A stretch of DNA of 64,000 nt. It comes from Nitrososphaeraceae archaeon. GTDB taxonomy: Archaea > Thermoproteota > Nitrososphaeria > Nitrososphaerales > Nitrososphaeraceae. Position 1 is the stretch's first letter, and each line of letters starts with the position of its first letter. A model generated the notes under the pieces. That model was not told where the DNA came from. It did not search any database and worked only from the letters and a program-made list of their open reading frames with translations. The translations under genes were made by a program, and so were the position numbers. The stretch lies in the NCBI GenBank assembly GCA_044870765.1, contig JBIOZG010000005.1:32001-96000 (forward strand), in the 5' to 3' direction. This document shows, piece after piece, positions 38,817 to 48,669 of this stretch.

Positions 38817-39425
38817 CTATTGACTAAGTCGTTTTCCATTGTATGACAAACAAACTAGATAAAATTCACTACTTTTCTGTCTGCTTGCCTTGGGCTTACT
38901 CGTTGTAACCTTAGAAAAGACCTTGGAAGCCTCTTGTTTGACTATGCTAGAATTGTTTCCCTCAAAAATCTTGAACACCGCGTGTCCACCATTTTTTAAG
39001 AGCTTTGTTGACATTTTCAATGAAATTAAAGTTAGTGAAATTTGTCTCTCATGATCGAAATGCCAGATTCCACTAACATTGGGAGACAAGTCAGATAATA
39101 CTACGTCAAAAGAAAATGGAGATATGTTATTTATGATCTGAATGATATTCGGATCTTCTATGTCAGCTTGAATTATGGTAGTATCCGAAATTGGTTTAAC
39201 TGGATCCACGTCTATTCCAATAACCTTTCCATCCGGTCCCGCAAATTTCGTTGAAACTTGCAACCAACCACCCGGAGCACTACCAATATCTAAAATGGTA
39301 TCATTCAGTTTTAGCAAATTGTATTTTTTGTTAAGCTCTATTAGTTTGTATGAGGACCTACTACGATATCCTTGTTCTTTTGCTAATTTTCTATATTCGT
39401 CCTTTCTGGCGAGATCTATTTTCAT
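38817..39425 (-). CDS. rlmE: 23S rRNA 2'-O-methyltransferase RlmE/FtsJ
   Basis: GYRSRSSYKL, DIGSAPGGW, VLSDLSP, KPKASRQKSSEFY. Confidence 0.93.
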   Translation of the reverse strand: MKIDLARKDEYRKLAKEQGYRSRSSYKLIELNKKYNLLKLNDTILDIGSAPGGWLQVSTKFAGPDGKVIGIDVDPVKPISDTTIIQADIEDPNIIQIINNISPFSFDVVLSDLSPNVSGIWHFDHERQISLTLISLKMSTKLLKNGGHAVFKIFEGNNSSIVKQEASKVFSKVTTSKPKASRQKSSEFYLVCLSYNGKRLSQ

Positions 39426-39566
39426 ATGCCAACATTCATCCGATTTGTTTCATAGAGACTTTTTAGATTTTGGTGTTCTTGGAACATGCTTAGCACCAGT
39501 CATTAATGTCCTGAGTGAATTTTCATTAATTGATTTAGTAAAAACAGCAATTATAACTCCCAATTA

Positions 39567-39713
39567 CTAGGTAAAATATTTTTTCATAATATTTTCCATC
39601 TTTAATTTTTCAATATCTTTATCGCCCAAAGTTTCTGGATGTTGTTGTTTCAAGTGCCTTAATGTAAACCTAACACTTTGCCCACAAAGTTTACACTTCG
39701 CTTTTCCAAACAT
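39567..39713 (-). CDS. 48-aa C2H2 Zn-finger microprotein (not in ORF track)
   Basis: MFGKAKCKLCGQSVRFTLRHLKQQHPETLGDKDIEKLKMENIMKKYFT. Confidence 0.75.
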   Translation of the reverse strand: MFGKAKCKLCGQSVRFTLRHLKQQHPETLGDKDIEKLKMENIMKKYFT

Positions 39714-39916
39714 TTAGGATAAGGTATCATAAAGAGTAATAAAAATTGCTAGTATTGCAAAGAACGATTCAAATTGGTAAATTATTAACTCAAGTATTAG
39801 CACCCATCACGTTACTTCAAATTACAATACAAGACTTACGACATCTTTTCTATTATATTTCTCTCAATAATGAAGAGGTCTATGTGAGCCATGTAAAGCA
39901 GCAGTTTTGAATAATC

Positions 39917-40069
39917 TCAACCAATTCCAATTGGGGGCCTTTTGTGTTCACTGTGTTCCAGAAGTGTATGATAATTTAACGTTTCAACATTCTCAAACGA
40001 CTTTCCACAAATTTTACATTTCCATGTGTTCAGCCCTTCAGCAGTTTTACTCGACTGCCCAGTTGACAT
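39917..40069 (-). CDS. 50-aa C2H2 Zn-finger microprotein (not in ORF track)
   Basis: MSTGQSSKTAEGLNTWKCKICGKSFENVETLNYHTLLEHSEHKRPPIGIG matches C-x2-C-x3-F-x5-L-x2-H-x4-H. Confidence 0.8.
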   Translation of the reverse strand: MSTGQSSKTAEGLNTWKCKICGKSFENVETLNYHTLLEHSEHKRPPIGIG

Positions 40070-40253
40070 ATTATTATTATAGGGGTCATCGCAGATAAGG
40101 TTTTCATCATAAAATCGTCAAAATTCATCAATTATAATCCAACTGGCCAAATGAGTCATATTTGATGGAGTTAGGAAGTCCAAAATTAAGATTTGAATGA
40201 TGAAAATAATGATTCGAAAAACAAAAATAGGAATGGAAAAAACTCATCTCTGC

Positions 40254-40421
40254 ATGCCGATAACTGATCCTAACAAGAAACAAATTGCTCAACAGAGAAG
40301 ACTATTTTATAAAATATGTTTTGACTGCGGGGGAAAAAATCCCATACTTGCTTCAAGATGCAGAAAATGTCATGGAAAAAATATGAGACTTAAAAACAGG
40401 GCATTGGGAGCAAAGAAGTAA
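40254..40421 (+). CDS. rpl40e: 50S ribosomal protein eL40
   Basis: MPITD...KICFDCGGKNPILASRCRKC..KNMRLK. Confidence 0.92.
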   Translation: MPITDPNKKQIAQQRRLFYKICFDCGGKNPILASRCRKCHGKNMRLKNRALGAKK

Positions 40422-40498
40422 GACATTATTTTTTTCGTAAAATTTGTTGATTTGTTTAAGAATATATAAATATTATCAAGCTGAATTCTAATTATACT

Positions 40499-42010
40499 AT
40501 GCCGATTAGGACAGGAGAAGAGTATATTCAGAGCTTAAAAGGGCGTAAAATGAAGGTTTACCTGTTTGGTGAACTGGTAAAAGAACCAGTTGAACATCCA
40601 CTGATAAGACCGTCAATTAATGCGGTAGCTGAAACGTACGATCTTGCTGACAGAGATCCTGAATTGGCATCAGCAGAATCTTCACTTTCCGGTAATAATG
40701 TAAACAGATTTTTACACATTGTAGAAAATGCTGATGATTTGGTTAATCAGAATAGAATGCAAAGAAAACTCGGGCAACTTACAGGAACCTGTTTTCAAAG
40801 ATGTGTGGGAATGGATGCCTTAAATTCATTGTATTCAACGACATTTGAAATTGATAAAAAATTCGGAACACCCTACCACGAACGTTTTAAAAAATTTGTA
40901 AGGAAAATGCAAGATGATAATCTTGTTATCGGCGGTGCCATGACCGATGTTAAGGGCGATAGAAGTCTAAGTCCGTCACAGCAAGAAGACCCGGATCTAT
41001 TTGTACATATTTCAAAGCGAGATGAAAAAGGTATTTACTTATCTGGTGCAAAAGCACATCAAACTGGTTGTATAAATTCTCACTGGATACTGGTTATGCC
41101 TACGATGAGACTACGGGATGAAGATAAACAGTATGCAATTGTAGGAGCAATTCCAGCTGATGCAGAGGGTATAACGTATATCTACGGAAGACAATCCTGT
41201 GATACTCGCAGTATGGAAGGTGGCGAATTGGATGCTGGAAATTCAAAATTTTCTGGACAGGAAGCAATGATTATTTTTGATAATGCGTTTATTCCGAATG
41301 AATTAATTTTCATGGATGGAGAGTTCGAGTTTGCTTCAATGTTGGTTGAGAGGTTTACCTGTTACCATAGGCGTAGCTATGTTTGCAAGACAGGCCTGGG
41401 TGATGTTCTAATTGGGGCAGCCGCCTCAATAGCAGACTATAATGGTATCTCCAACGCCTCGCATATCAAAGACAAACTTGTTGAAATGACCCACTTGAAC
41501 GAAACTATCTTTGGTGCAGGTATCGCTTCGTCATATCAAGCGCATAAAACATTGTCAGGAAATTATCAAAATGATGACATGTTGGCAAATGTTTGTAAAC
41601 ACAACGTAACAAGGTTTCCTTATGAAATAGGTAGGCTTGCGCAGGATATAGCCGGTGGCCTAATGGTAACTATGCCTTCTGAGAAAGATTTCCGTAGTCC
41701 TGATACAGGACCACTTCTTGAGAAATACTTGAAAGGCAGGAAAGGTGTTTCGACTGAAAATAGAATGCGTATTTTGAGACTCATTGAAAATATGACACTT
41801 GGACGAAATGCAGTTGGATATCTTACAGAGTCGATGCACGGCGCAGGTTCTCCCCAGGCACAAAGAATCCAAATTGCAAGACAGATGCAGCTAGGATATA
41901 AGAAAAAACTTGCCAAAGATCTGGCCGGAATTGATGAAGGAGAATCCGCACAGGTAATCCATGAGCAATCTGAATATTTTGATAGAATATTTGGAATAAA
42001 TTCGACTTAG
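40499..42010 (+). CDS. hcd: 4-hydroxybutyryl-CoA dehydratase (3HP/4HB carbon fixation cycle)
   Basis: CFQRCVG and YHRRSYVCK Fe-S ligands, AMTDVKGDR, ESMHGAGSPQAQR; TATATAAA at 40463-40470. Confidence 0.95.
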   Translation: MPIRTGEEYIQSLKGRKMKVYLFGELVKEPVEHPLIRPSINAVAETYDLADRDPELASAESSLSGNNVNRFLHIVENADDLVNQNRMQRKLGQLTGTCFQRCVGMDALNSLYSTTFEIDKKFGTPYHERFKKFVRKMQDDNLVIGGAMTDVKGDRSLSPSQQEDPDLFVHISKRDEKGIYLSGAKAHQTGCINSHWILVMPTMRLRDEDKQYAIVGAIPADAEGITYIYGRQSCDTRSMEGGELDAGNSKFSGQEAMIIFDNAFIPNELIFMDGEFEFASMLVERFTCYHRRSYVCKTGLGDVLIGAAASIADYNGISNASHIKDKLVEMTHLNETIFGAGIASSYQAHKTLSGNYQNDDMLANVCKHNVTRFPYEIGRLAQDIAGGLMVTMPSEKDFRSPDTGPLLEKYLKGRKGVSTENRMRILRLIENMTLGRNAVGYLTESMHGAGSPQAQRIQIARQMQLGYKKKLAKDLAGIDEGESAQVIHEQSEYFDRIFGINST

Positions 42011-42133
42011 TTTTTACCAAGTTCAGAAATATTCAATTTAAGTTGTACGCTTGTATAGATCTTTTTTTGTGTATTTCTTGATCTTTCGGAACGTTAATTA
42101 TGTAGAAGGACAGGATATGAAAAACAAGCGATT

Positions 42134-42664
42134 ATGAACGATGCAGAGTTTATAAATCTAGTTAGAAGTTGGAATGACTTTCCCACAAAAGGAATTTCAT
42201 TCAAGGACATAAATCCGCTACTAAGAACCCCCGATTCAATGTATTACCTTAACGAAAAGTTGTCCGACATATGTGCCAATATTCAAACAAACAAAATTGC
42301 AGCTATCGAATCAAGAGGATTTGTTGTAGGTTCTCTTCTTGCAACAAGCATGAGCAAGGGATTAGTCCTAATTAGAAAAGAAGGTAAATTGCCAGGGCCT
42401 AAGATTAAAGAATCCTATAGTATAGAATATGGGACTAGGGTTATGGAAATTCAAGAAGATGCTATTTTGAAGGGTGAAAAAGTTCTGATAGCAGACGACT
42501 TGCTTGCAACAGGAGGCACTGCGGTTGCGGCAGCTTCGCTTGTAGAAAAATTAGGAGGCACAGTAGTTGGATTTGTGTTTATCATTTGTTTGAATTATTT
42601 GGACGGTACGGATACATTGAAGAGTAAAGGTTACGATGTTAGATGCATTATGGAGTTTGAATAA
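42134..42664 (+). CDS. apt: adenine phosphoribosyltransferase
   Basis: DFPTKGISFKDI, IESRGF, IRKEGKLPG, DDLLATGGT. Confidence 0.93.
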   Translation: MNDAEFINLVRSWNDFPTKGISFKDINPLLRTPDSMYYLNEKLSDICANIQTNKIAAIESRGFVVGSLLATSMSKGLVLIRKEGKLPGPKIKESYSIEYGTRVMEIQEDAILKGEKVLIADDLLATGGTAVAAASLVEKLGGTVVGFVFIICLNYLDGTDTLKSKGYDVRCIMEFE

Positions 42665-42665
42665 T

Positions 42666-43466
42666 ATGCAAAAGTATCATGCCGAAATTGGTATAATAGG
42701 CGGAACCGGTATCTATAACACTGAATTACTGACTAATGCAGAAACAGTAAAGATCTTTACTCCTTACGGTAGTACATCGGATCTAATTACTATTGGTGAG
42801 TACAACGGTAGATCGGTAGCTTTCATTCCTCGTCATGGTAAAGGGCATACTCTTCCTCCACACAGGGTTAACAGTAGGGCAAACATATGGGCTCTACATT
42901 CATTGGGTGTGTCGAGAATCATTGCTCCATCCGCGGTGGGAAGTCTTCAGGATGCCTATATGCCTGGTGATATTGTACTCCCTGATCAATTCATTGATTT
43001 TACTAAACGAAGAGACTATACGTTTTATGATGAGGGGAAAGTATGCCACATATCATGTGCAGATCCTTTTTGTAATGAATTGAGAGAAATGTTGCTAAAA
43101 GTGGGTAAACAACTAAATACTAATGTGCATAATGGCTCTAATTATATTTGTATAGAAGGGCCGCGCTTTTCAACACGGGCAGAATCAAAATATTTTAGAG
43201 AGATATTACGTGGCGATATAATTGGAATGACACTGGTACCCGAATGTGTACTGGCACGTGAAATGGAAATATGCTACGTATCAATAGCTACGGTTACTGA
43301 TTATGATGTTTGGTACGAAAATCCTGTTTCCTCCAAGGAAATTCTTGAAGTGTTAACCAAAAATGCCAATAAAATAAAAGAATTACTTGCAGCGTTCATC
43401 CCGTCAATTCCAGATTCTCGAAACAAATGCAAATGCGGGAATGCATTAAACGATGCTATGGTTTGA
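42666..43466 (+). CDS. mtnP: 5'-methylthioadenosine phosphorylase
   Basis: IGIIGGTG, PRHGKGH, EGPRFSTRAES, GMTLVPE, VTDYD. Confidence 0.92.
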   Translation: MQKYHAEIGIIGGTGIYNTELLTNAETVKIFTPYGSTSDLITIGEYNGRSVAFIPRHGKGHTLPPHRVNSRANIWALHSLGVSRIIAPSAVGSLQDAYMPGDIVLPDQFIDFTKRRDYTFYDEGKVCHISCADPFCNELREMLLKVGKQLNTNVHNGSNYICIEGPRFSTRAESKYFREILRGDIIGMTLVPECVLAREMEICYVSIATVTDYDVWYENPVSSKEILEVLTKNANKIKELLAAFIPSIPDSRNKCKCGNALNDAMV

Positions 43467-43761
43467 ATTGATCTTTTGCCCCCGGATCGACTAGGACTAT
43501 TTCTCCTTCAACAAGTTTTCGTTGTAATGTTAGTTGGAAACTTTCGGTTTCATAACCAAATTCCTTCAGTTTGGCGAGAGTTTTTTTGGTCAAATTCAGA
43601 CTAATGTTATGACCCCCAATCCTTCCAAAGGCAATTGCATTGAATTTAAATTTCGTATTTCTGACAATAAAGTAACCCTTTAATTTACTTGCATACTGCC
43701 CTCCCTGAGCTTTTTCTACAAATATTTTCAGGTCGTCAGAAGGGTATGAGTCGCGAATCAC
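43456..43761 (-). CDS. hypothetical protein
   Basis: 101 aa; ATGA-coupled to upstream ORF; AIAFGRIGGHN. Confidence 0.75.
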   Translation of the reverse strand: MIRDSYPSDDLKIFVEKAQGGQYASKLKGYFIVRNTKFKFNAIAFGRIGGHNISLNLTKKTLAKLKEFGYETESFQLTLQRKLVEGEIVLVDPGAKDQFKP

Positions 43762-44171
43762 TTTGGATGAGCCTCATCCGTTATTTCGATACTGCGATTT
43801 ATATTCTTGGAAACCAGAAAACTCCACCAGTTGTCATCTACAATCTTGTAATCAGAAACATCTACACTTACTGTGGTTTCGTCATCAGTGTCAATAAAAG
43901 AGAACTTGCCATCTTTAATTATTCTTGTTAGTTTCCACCGTTCTTTACCGACCCTATTTCTATTTATGGCAACAGCCCATTCTTGACCTTCTTCAATAGA
44001 TGGCATACCGATGTAGTCTACGATTTCCAAAATACCCAATCTTTTCTCTTCGCAAAACATTTTCTTGTTTACTACATTTCTCCAAATATCAACGGCTCCT
44101 ATTGTCTTGTTATTTTCATTAATATTAATAACCCCAAAATATACCACCTTATTGTCCGGAACGGTCGACAT
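43758..44171 (-). CDS. hypothetical protein
   Basis: 137 aa beta-rich ORF in a 3-gene minus-strand run. Confidence 0.75.
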   Translation of the reverse strand: MSTVPDNKVVYFGVININENNKTIGAVDIWRNVVNKKMFCEEKRLGILEIVDYIGMPSIEEGQEWAVAINRNRVGKERWKLTRIIKDGKFSFIDTDDETTVSVDVSDYKIVDDNWWSFLVSKNINRSIEITDEAHPK

Positions 44172-44195
44172 TCCACATTATTGATTCTAATTGCC

Positions 44196-44540
44196 TTATT
44201 TAGTTCTTGCAGATTCCTGCATTCTTTCCAGAGACGAGGCAAGACTATCAATTTGAAGGTTCTTTTTAAATTCTATACCGATTTCTTGGCAGTGCCGACG
44301 ATAAGCGTTTATTATTGAAAATTTTGGATGGAATGTCTGATACTTACCAGACAGCTCAAGTATTAGCCCTTTTTCTATTAAATTAAAGAGTTCTTGCTCA
44401 GATTCTACCAAAGAGAGTTTTAGCGCTGCGGAAATCCTTGCTACTGTTGATTCCCCATTGATTATTAAAAATAGGAAAATTTGTGCTTCCTTGTCTGTTA
44501 GATTGATCTTTGAAATTAGAGCTTCCTTTATGTTGTCCAT
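44196..44540 (-). CDS. TrmB-type winged-HTH protein
   Basis: LTDKEAQIFLFLIINGEST..ISAAL....LFNLIEKGLI. Confidence 0.75.
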   Translation of the reverse strand: MDNIKEALISKINLTDKEAQIFLFLIINGESTVARISAALKLSLVESEQELFNLIEKGLILELSGKYQTFHPKFSIINAYRRHCQEIGIEFKKNLQIDSLASSLERMQESARTK

Positions 44541-44655
44541 CCAGCATCAGGTCAAATTTATTTTTCATTTGATACTCTCATATTAACATTGTCTGTCACA
44601 GAGGTCATAATTGATTGGCAATAACAAAAGGTCAAGTATCCATGATAAGAAAATG

Positions 44656-45561
44656 TCATAGTGATAAAATCTCTTTATATTTTTCGTACCTCTGTTTGAT
44701 GTCTTTATTACCAATATTGACTAATCTTTGAATTCCATAATCTTCAATCGCAAATGAACCCATAATGTTTCCATGAATCATCGCATTTTTCAGGGATTTT
44801 GAATTTATTTGTCCTTGTGTGCACAAATATCCAATAAAAGCGCCGCCAAAAGAATCACCGGCACCGGTAGGATCTTTTATAGTTTCAGTCGGATATCCTG
44901 GAATGGGATAGAATTCATTTTCATAAAAGAGTACTGATCCATTTTCTCCCTTATTTATCAAAGCAAAAGAAGGACCATTTGACACTATTAATCGGGCACA
45001 TTTCAAGATGCTATTTTCTTTAAATAACAATCTAGCCTCTGATTCGTTTAATATTATTCCATCGACTTTATTTATCATCTTGATTACATCGTCTCTCTTG
45101 TTCAAGATCCAAAAATCCATAGTGTCACAAATTACTAACTTTGGATGGGAAACTTGCCTTAACAGATTCATATTTTGAACAGGATCATTATTTGCAAGAT
45201 ACACATATTCTGAATCAACAAATGCTGTTGGTACAGTAGATTGGTAATTTGAAATTGCATTTAACTCCGTTTTGTTAGTGGTCCTCTTGTAAAGATCATA
45301 ACCAAAAGATGAATCATAATGAAAGGTCTTATCCGTTTCACTAATTGACAATCCTCTGATATCAAGACGATTTTTCAATATCTCCATATACGATGCTGGA
45401 AAATCATTACCTACAATACCAACTATCGATGTAGGTACGTAATTTGATGCCGCAATTGATGCAAAAGTAGCAGTGCCTCCCAGAGTTCTTTCAACAGTAT
45501 GAAATGGGGTACGAGTGGTATCTAGTGCAACAGTTCCAAATACAGTTAGCATGCAGTTCAA
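44656..45561 (-). CDS. PfkB/ribokinase family kinase
   Basis: LGGTATF, NESEA, DPTGAGDSFGG. Confidence 0.9.
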   Translation of the reverse strand: MNCMLTVFGTVALDTTRTPFHTVERTLGGTATFASIAASNYVPTSIVGIVGNDFPASYMEILKNRLDIRGLSISETDKTFHYDSSFGYDLYKRTTNKTELNAISNYQSTVPTAFVDSEYVYLANNDPVQNMNLLRQVSHPKLVICDTMDFWILNKRDDVIKMINKVDGIILNESEARLLFKENSILKCARLIVSNGPSFALINKGENGSVLFYENEFYPIPGYPTETIKDPTGAGDSFGGAFIGYLCTQGQINSKSLKNAMIHGNIMGSFAIEDYGIQRLVNIGNKDIKQRYEKYKEILSL

Positions 45562-45597
45562 TCTATAACAACAATAAATAAGTGTTCAACAATATTT

Positions 45598-46182
45598 TTG
45601 ATGTTGGCATCAGAAGCAAGATATGATAAAATAGTGATTGGATTTTCTGGAGCATCAGGTATTATTTATGGAATTAGGCTCTTGGAGGTTCTGCATTCCA
45701 TTAATATTCAGACCTATCTTATAATCAGCGAATGGGCGAAAAAAAACATAGTTATTGAAACCCACAAAACACTAGAGTACGTGAAATCTCTTTCTTCAGT
45801 AAACTATGATAATTCTAAACTTGATGCTTCTGTGTCAAGCGGCTCATTTTTACATGATGGAATGGTAATAGTACCATGTAGTATGAAATCACTTTCGAGT
45901 ATCGCAAATGGATACGATGATACACTCATTTCCCGTGCTGCCTCAGTTACTTTAAAGGAATCAAGGAAGTTGATCTTAGTTCCACGTGAAACTCCTCTCT
46001 CCAGAATTCACCTTGAGAACATGATCAAAGTACAGGAGGCCGGTGCAATTATCCTTCCGGCTATGCCGGGCTTTTATCACAATCCTTCATCCATTGATCA
46101 AATTGTCGATCATTTGGTTGGAAAGATTCTTGATCAACTAAAAATAAAACACGAATTGTTCAAGAGATGGAAAGATCAATAA
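45598..46182 (+). CDS. ubiX: flavin prenyltransferase UbiX
   Basis: GFSGASG, SSGS, PCSMKSL, VPRETPL, PAMPGFY. Confidence 0.93.
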   Translation: MMLASEARYDKIVIGFSGASGIIYGIRLLEVLHSINIQTYLIISEWAKKNIVIETHKTLEYVKSLSSVNYDNSKLDASVSSGSFLHDGMVIVPCSMKSLSSIANGYDDTLISRAASVTLKESRKLILVPRETPLSRIHLENMIKVQEAGAIILPAMPGFYHNPSSIDQIVDHLVGKILDQLKIKHELFKRWKDQ

Positions 46183-46243
46183 AAATCAAAAATAACTTTG
46201 GGTAGATAATATTTACTCTTAATGAAAAATTACATGTAAATAT

Positions 46244-46813
46244 CTAATTTTCCCACAATTGTAATTTTTCAATTTTTGCTCGTCTCTTTGCTTGATAGAG
46301 CATCTCGTATACTGTTTTGTGAGATCTCCCATTGATTAGTAACATTATTGCATCGATAGCGAGTTTTGTTTCTTCATATTCGCCTATCAGCCCTACCGTG
46401 TGCCCATATATTGAAATAAACGTGTTTGTTAATTCCTCTAGATTCTTTCTTGCTTTGCCCTTTTCGCCAATAATTCTTCCTTTGACCCTATTTGTAGAAT
46501 TGGTTGTTGTTGTAAAATTACGCAGATCCAAAATTTGAAACAATGTTTCCTCTTTTAAAATTCTAAAAGCTCTTTCCGGCGAAAAACCACTAGAAATTGC
46601 ACTGATAATATCGCGTGCCTTGAGAGCACCATACTCATCGAAATCTTTAGAGGTTGAAGATATTGTTATTTCGCCTGTTTTGCTTTCAATTTCAATCTTC
46701 ACATTGCACTTTTTACAAATTTCATTTTTTATTTTTCCCTTATTTCCTATTACTATGGGAATCCGTTCTTCTAGTATGTGTAATGTTAAACTCAGATGAT
46801 CTTTATTGTCCAA
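46244..46813 (-). CDS. Dim2/Pno1 KH-domain rRNA processing protein
   Basis: VIGNKG, GFSPERA, RVKGRIIGEKGKAR, GRSHKTVY. Confidence 0.9.
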   Translation of the reverse strand: MDNKDHLSLTLHILEERIPIVIGNKGKIKNEICKKCNVKIEIESKTGEITISSTSKDFDEYGALKARDIISAISSGFSPERAFRILKEETLFQILDLRNFTTTTNSTNRVKGRIIGEKGKARKNLEELTNTFISIYGHTVGLIGEYEETKLAIDAIMLLINGRSHKTVYEMLYQAKRRAKIEKLQLWEN

Positions 46814-46894
46814 TAAGAATACCTATACAAAATTTTGATGTTTAATTATTTATTCATTTATTTGCTAAACTATGAGTAACTTATCGAATTTGAA

Positions 46895-47233
46895 TTAATA
46901 GGATTGCGTGAATCTATAAATCATGAGAAATGGAACATCTGAAAAGTACTTGACACTTGCCCTCTTTGCTAAATTCATTTCAATTGCTTTGTTCACCGTA
47001 TCCTTACCGGCCAAGTTTGAAATTGATGATTTTTTCAGGTAGGATTCAATTTCATTTTCATCTGCAATTTTATCCATCCAGTAATTTTTTTTCATATTTA
47101 TCGTGATTTCTCCATGATTGATCTGTTTATCTATGAGATAAAGATCGCATACATTTACCATAAGAGAGTCTTGGTATTTTACAGTTCTAATTGCATACCT
47201 TAATGACTGGTTTTTAGAGCTACTGGTCTCCAT
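46895..47233 (-). CDS. DUF424 family protein
   Basis: MVNVCD..L and NLAGKDTVNKAIE; start shortened to METSS (uncertain). Confidence 0.75.
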   Translation of the reverse strand: METSSSKNQSLRYAIRTVKYQDSLMVNVCDLYLIDKQINHGEITINMKKNYWMDKIADENEIESYLKKSSISNLAGKDTVNKAIEMNLAKRASVKYFSDVPFLMIYRFTQSY

Positions 47234-47410
47234 TATCAAACAATATTCAACAAGATAAATTAGATAAGTTTTTTTATTTATTTTTTTTGCGGCAGGTAAA
47301 TTATAGGAATTTGTAAGATACATCATAGAATGTTAGCTATTATTCTTTCAATCATTCTTACTAAAAATTAACACTATTATTGGACCATCAGATTAATTAG
47401 ATGCACTTAC

Positions 47411-47450
47411 ATACTTAAGGAGTAGAAAAGATACTTAAGGAGTAGAAAAG
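47411..47450 (+). repeat. perfect 20-bp tandem duplication in 5' region of DUF373 gene
   Basis: ATACTTAAGGAGTAGAAAAG x2. Confidence 0.95.
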
Positions 47451-47451
47451 A

Positions 47452-48615
47452 TTGTCAAAGGATCTGGAATACATTCGGGACAAGAAAAGCTTGGATTATC
47501 GTTCTTTATCAACTCATTATAGGAGAGTTCTTGTTGTTTGTATTGACAGGGATGACGACCTAGGTAAAAACGCTGGCGTTGAAACTCCTGTCTTTGGAAG
47601 AGATCAATGCATAAGTGCAGGCACTAGATTGGCAATTGAAGATCCAGAGGATGCTGATGCCAATGCAATTTTTGGCGCTGTCAAAATATATGAAGAGCTT
47701 GTAACAAAGGGCTATGAAACTGAGGTTGCCGTAATAACGGGCGCCTATAATCGTGGTATAGAGGCAGACGAAAAAATATCCTCAGAGCTCATAACAGTGT
47801 TGTCAAAGTTTAAGGCAGATGGAATTGTCGTAGTATCAGATGGGGAGGACGATGAGACAGTAATACCTCTATTACAGGCCATGGTACCTGTGATCTCTAT
47901 TCAGCGAATAATAATGAGGCATAGTAGGAGTGTAGAATACTCATATGCTGTTTTTGGCAAGTATGTGAAGATGTTAGTTTACGATTCAAGATATTCAAAA
48001 TTCTTTTTAGGTGTACCAGGGGCGCTACTTATCGCAAGTGGGTTCGCAACCATTTTTGGCTTTACGAAAGAAGCGTTGGCCATAGTTCTTAGTGTATTGG
48101 GTGTTGCATTTATTATCCGAGCATTTGATATTGACAAGTCACTTGGATCCCTAAATAGGACTACGCCATCAACATTCATCAGAATATTTTCGGCGTTTGC
48201 AGGAATCATGATAATATTGGTTGGTATATCAAATGGGATTTCGAGTATCCCTGATGGCGCCATACCAAAGGATGCTAGCATTTCTCAGATTATTACAAAT
48301 AGGACTGTAGTAGGATCCTTTGTTCACGGTTCAATTACTCTAATTTGGATTGGATTGGCGACTATATTTGGCGGAATATTCCTTAGCAACTGGTTCAAAG
48401 GAAGCATTACGATTCTATCAGATATCCTGAGATTGGTTGTGCTGGGATTGATTTACATTCCAGTAATTCAATTTACTTCAGTCTTGACGGAAAAAACAAA
48501 TCCTTTCAATCTTATCTCTTCTTTATTTATTGGTCTAGCTATTACGCTTGTCGCGACAACATTTTTGTTTCAGTATTTCAGAAACAAAAAAGGTGGAGAA
48601 CACCTAAAGCATTAG
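47452..48615 (+). CDS. DUF373 family membrane protein
   Basis: VVCIDRDDDLG, DPEDADAN, VSDGEDDE plus C-terminal TM helices; upstream of uppS. Confidence 0.85.
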   Translation: MSKDLEYIRDKKSLDYRSLSTHYRRVLVVCIDRDDDLGKNAGVETPVFGRDQCISAGTRLAIEDPEDADANAIFGAVKIYEELVTKGYETEVAVITGAYNRGIEADEKISSELITVLSKFKADGIVVVSDGEDDETVIPLLQAMVPVISIQRIIMRHSRSVEYSYAVFGKYVKMLVYDSRYSKFFLGVPGALLIASGFATIFGFTKEALAIVLSVLGVAFIIRAFDIDKSLGSLNRTTPSTFIRIFSAFAGIMIILVGISNGISSIPDGAIPKDASISQIITNRTVVGSFVHGSITLIWIGLATIFGGIFLSNWFKGSITILSDILRLVVLGLIYIPVIQFTSVLTEKTNPFNLISSLFIGLAITLVATTFLFQYFRNKKGGEHLKH

Positions 48616-48669
48616 CAATTGTGTTCACAGAGTTATTATATGATTTAAAATCATTTACTTTGAGGGCAA

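Noticed and set aside
40499-42010. 4-hydroxybutyryl-CoA dehydratase as a novelty
   Set aside because: Well-known marker of the thaumarchaeal 3HP/4HB cycle; useful for taxonomy only
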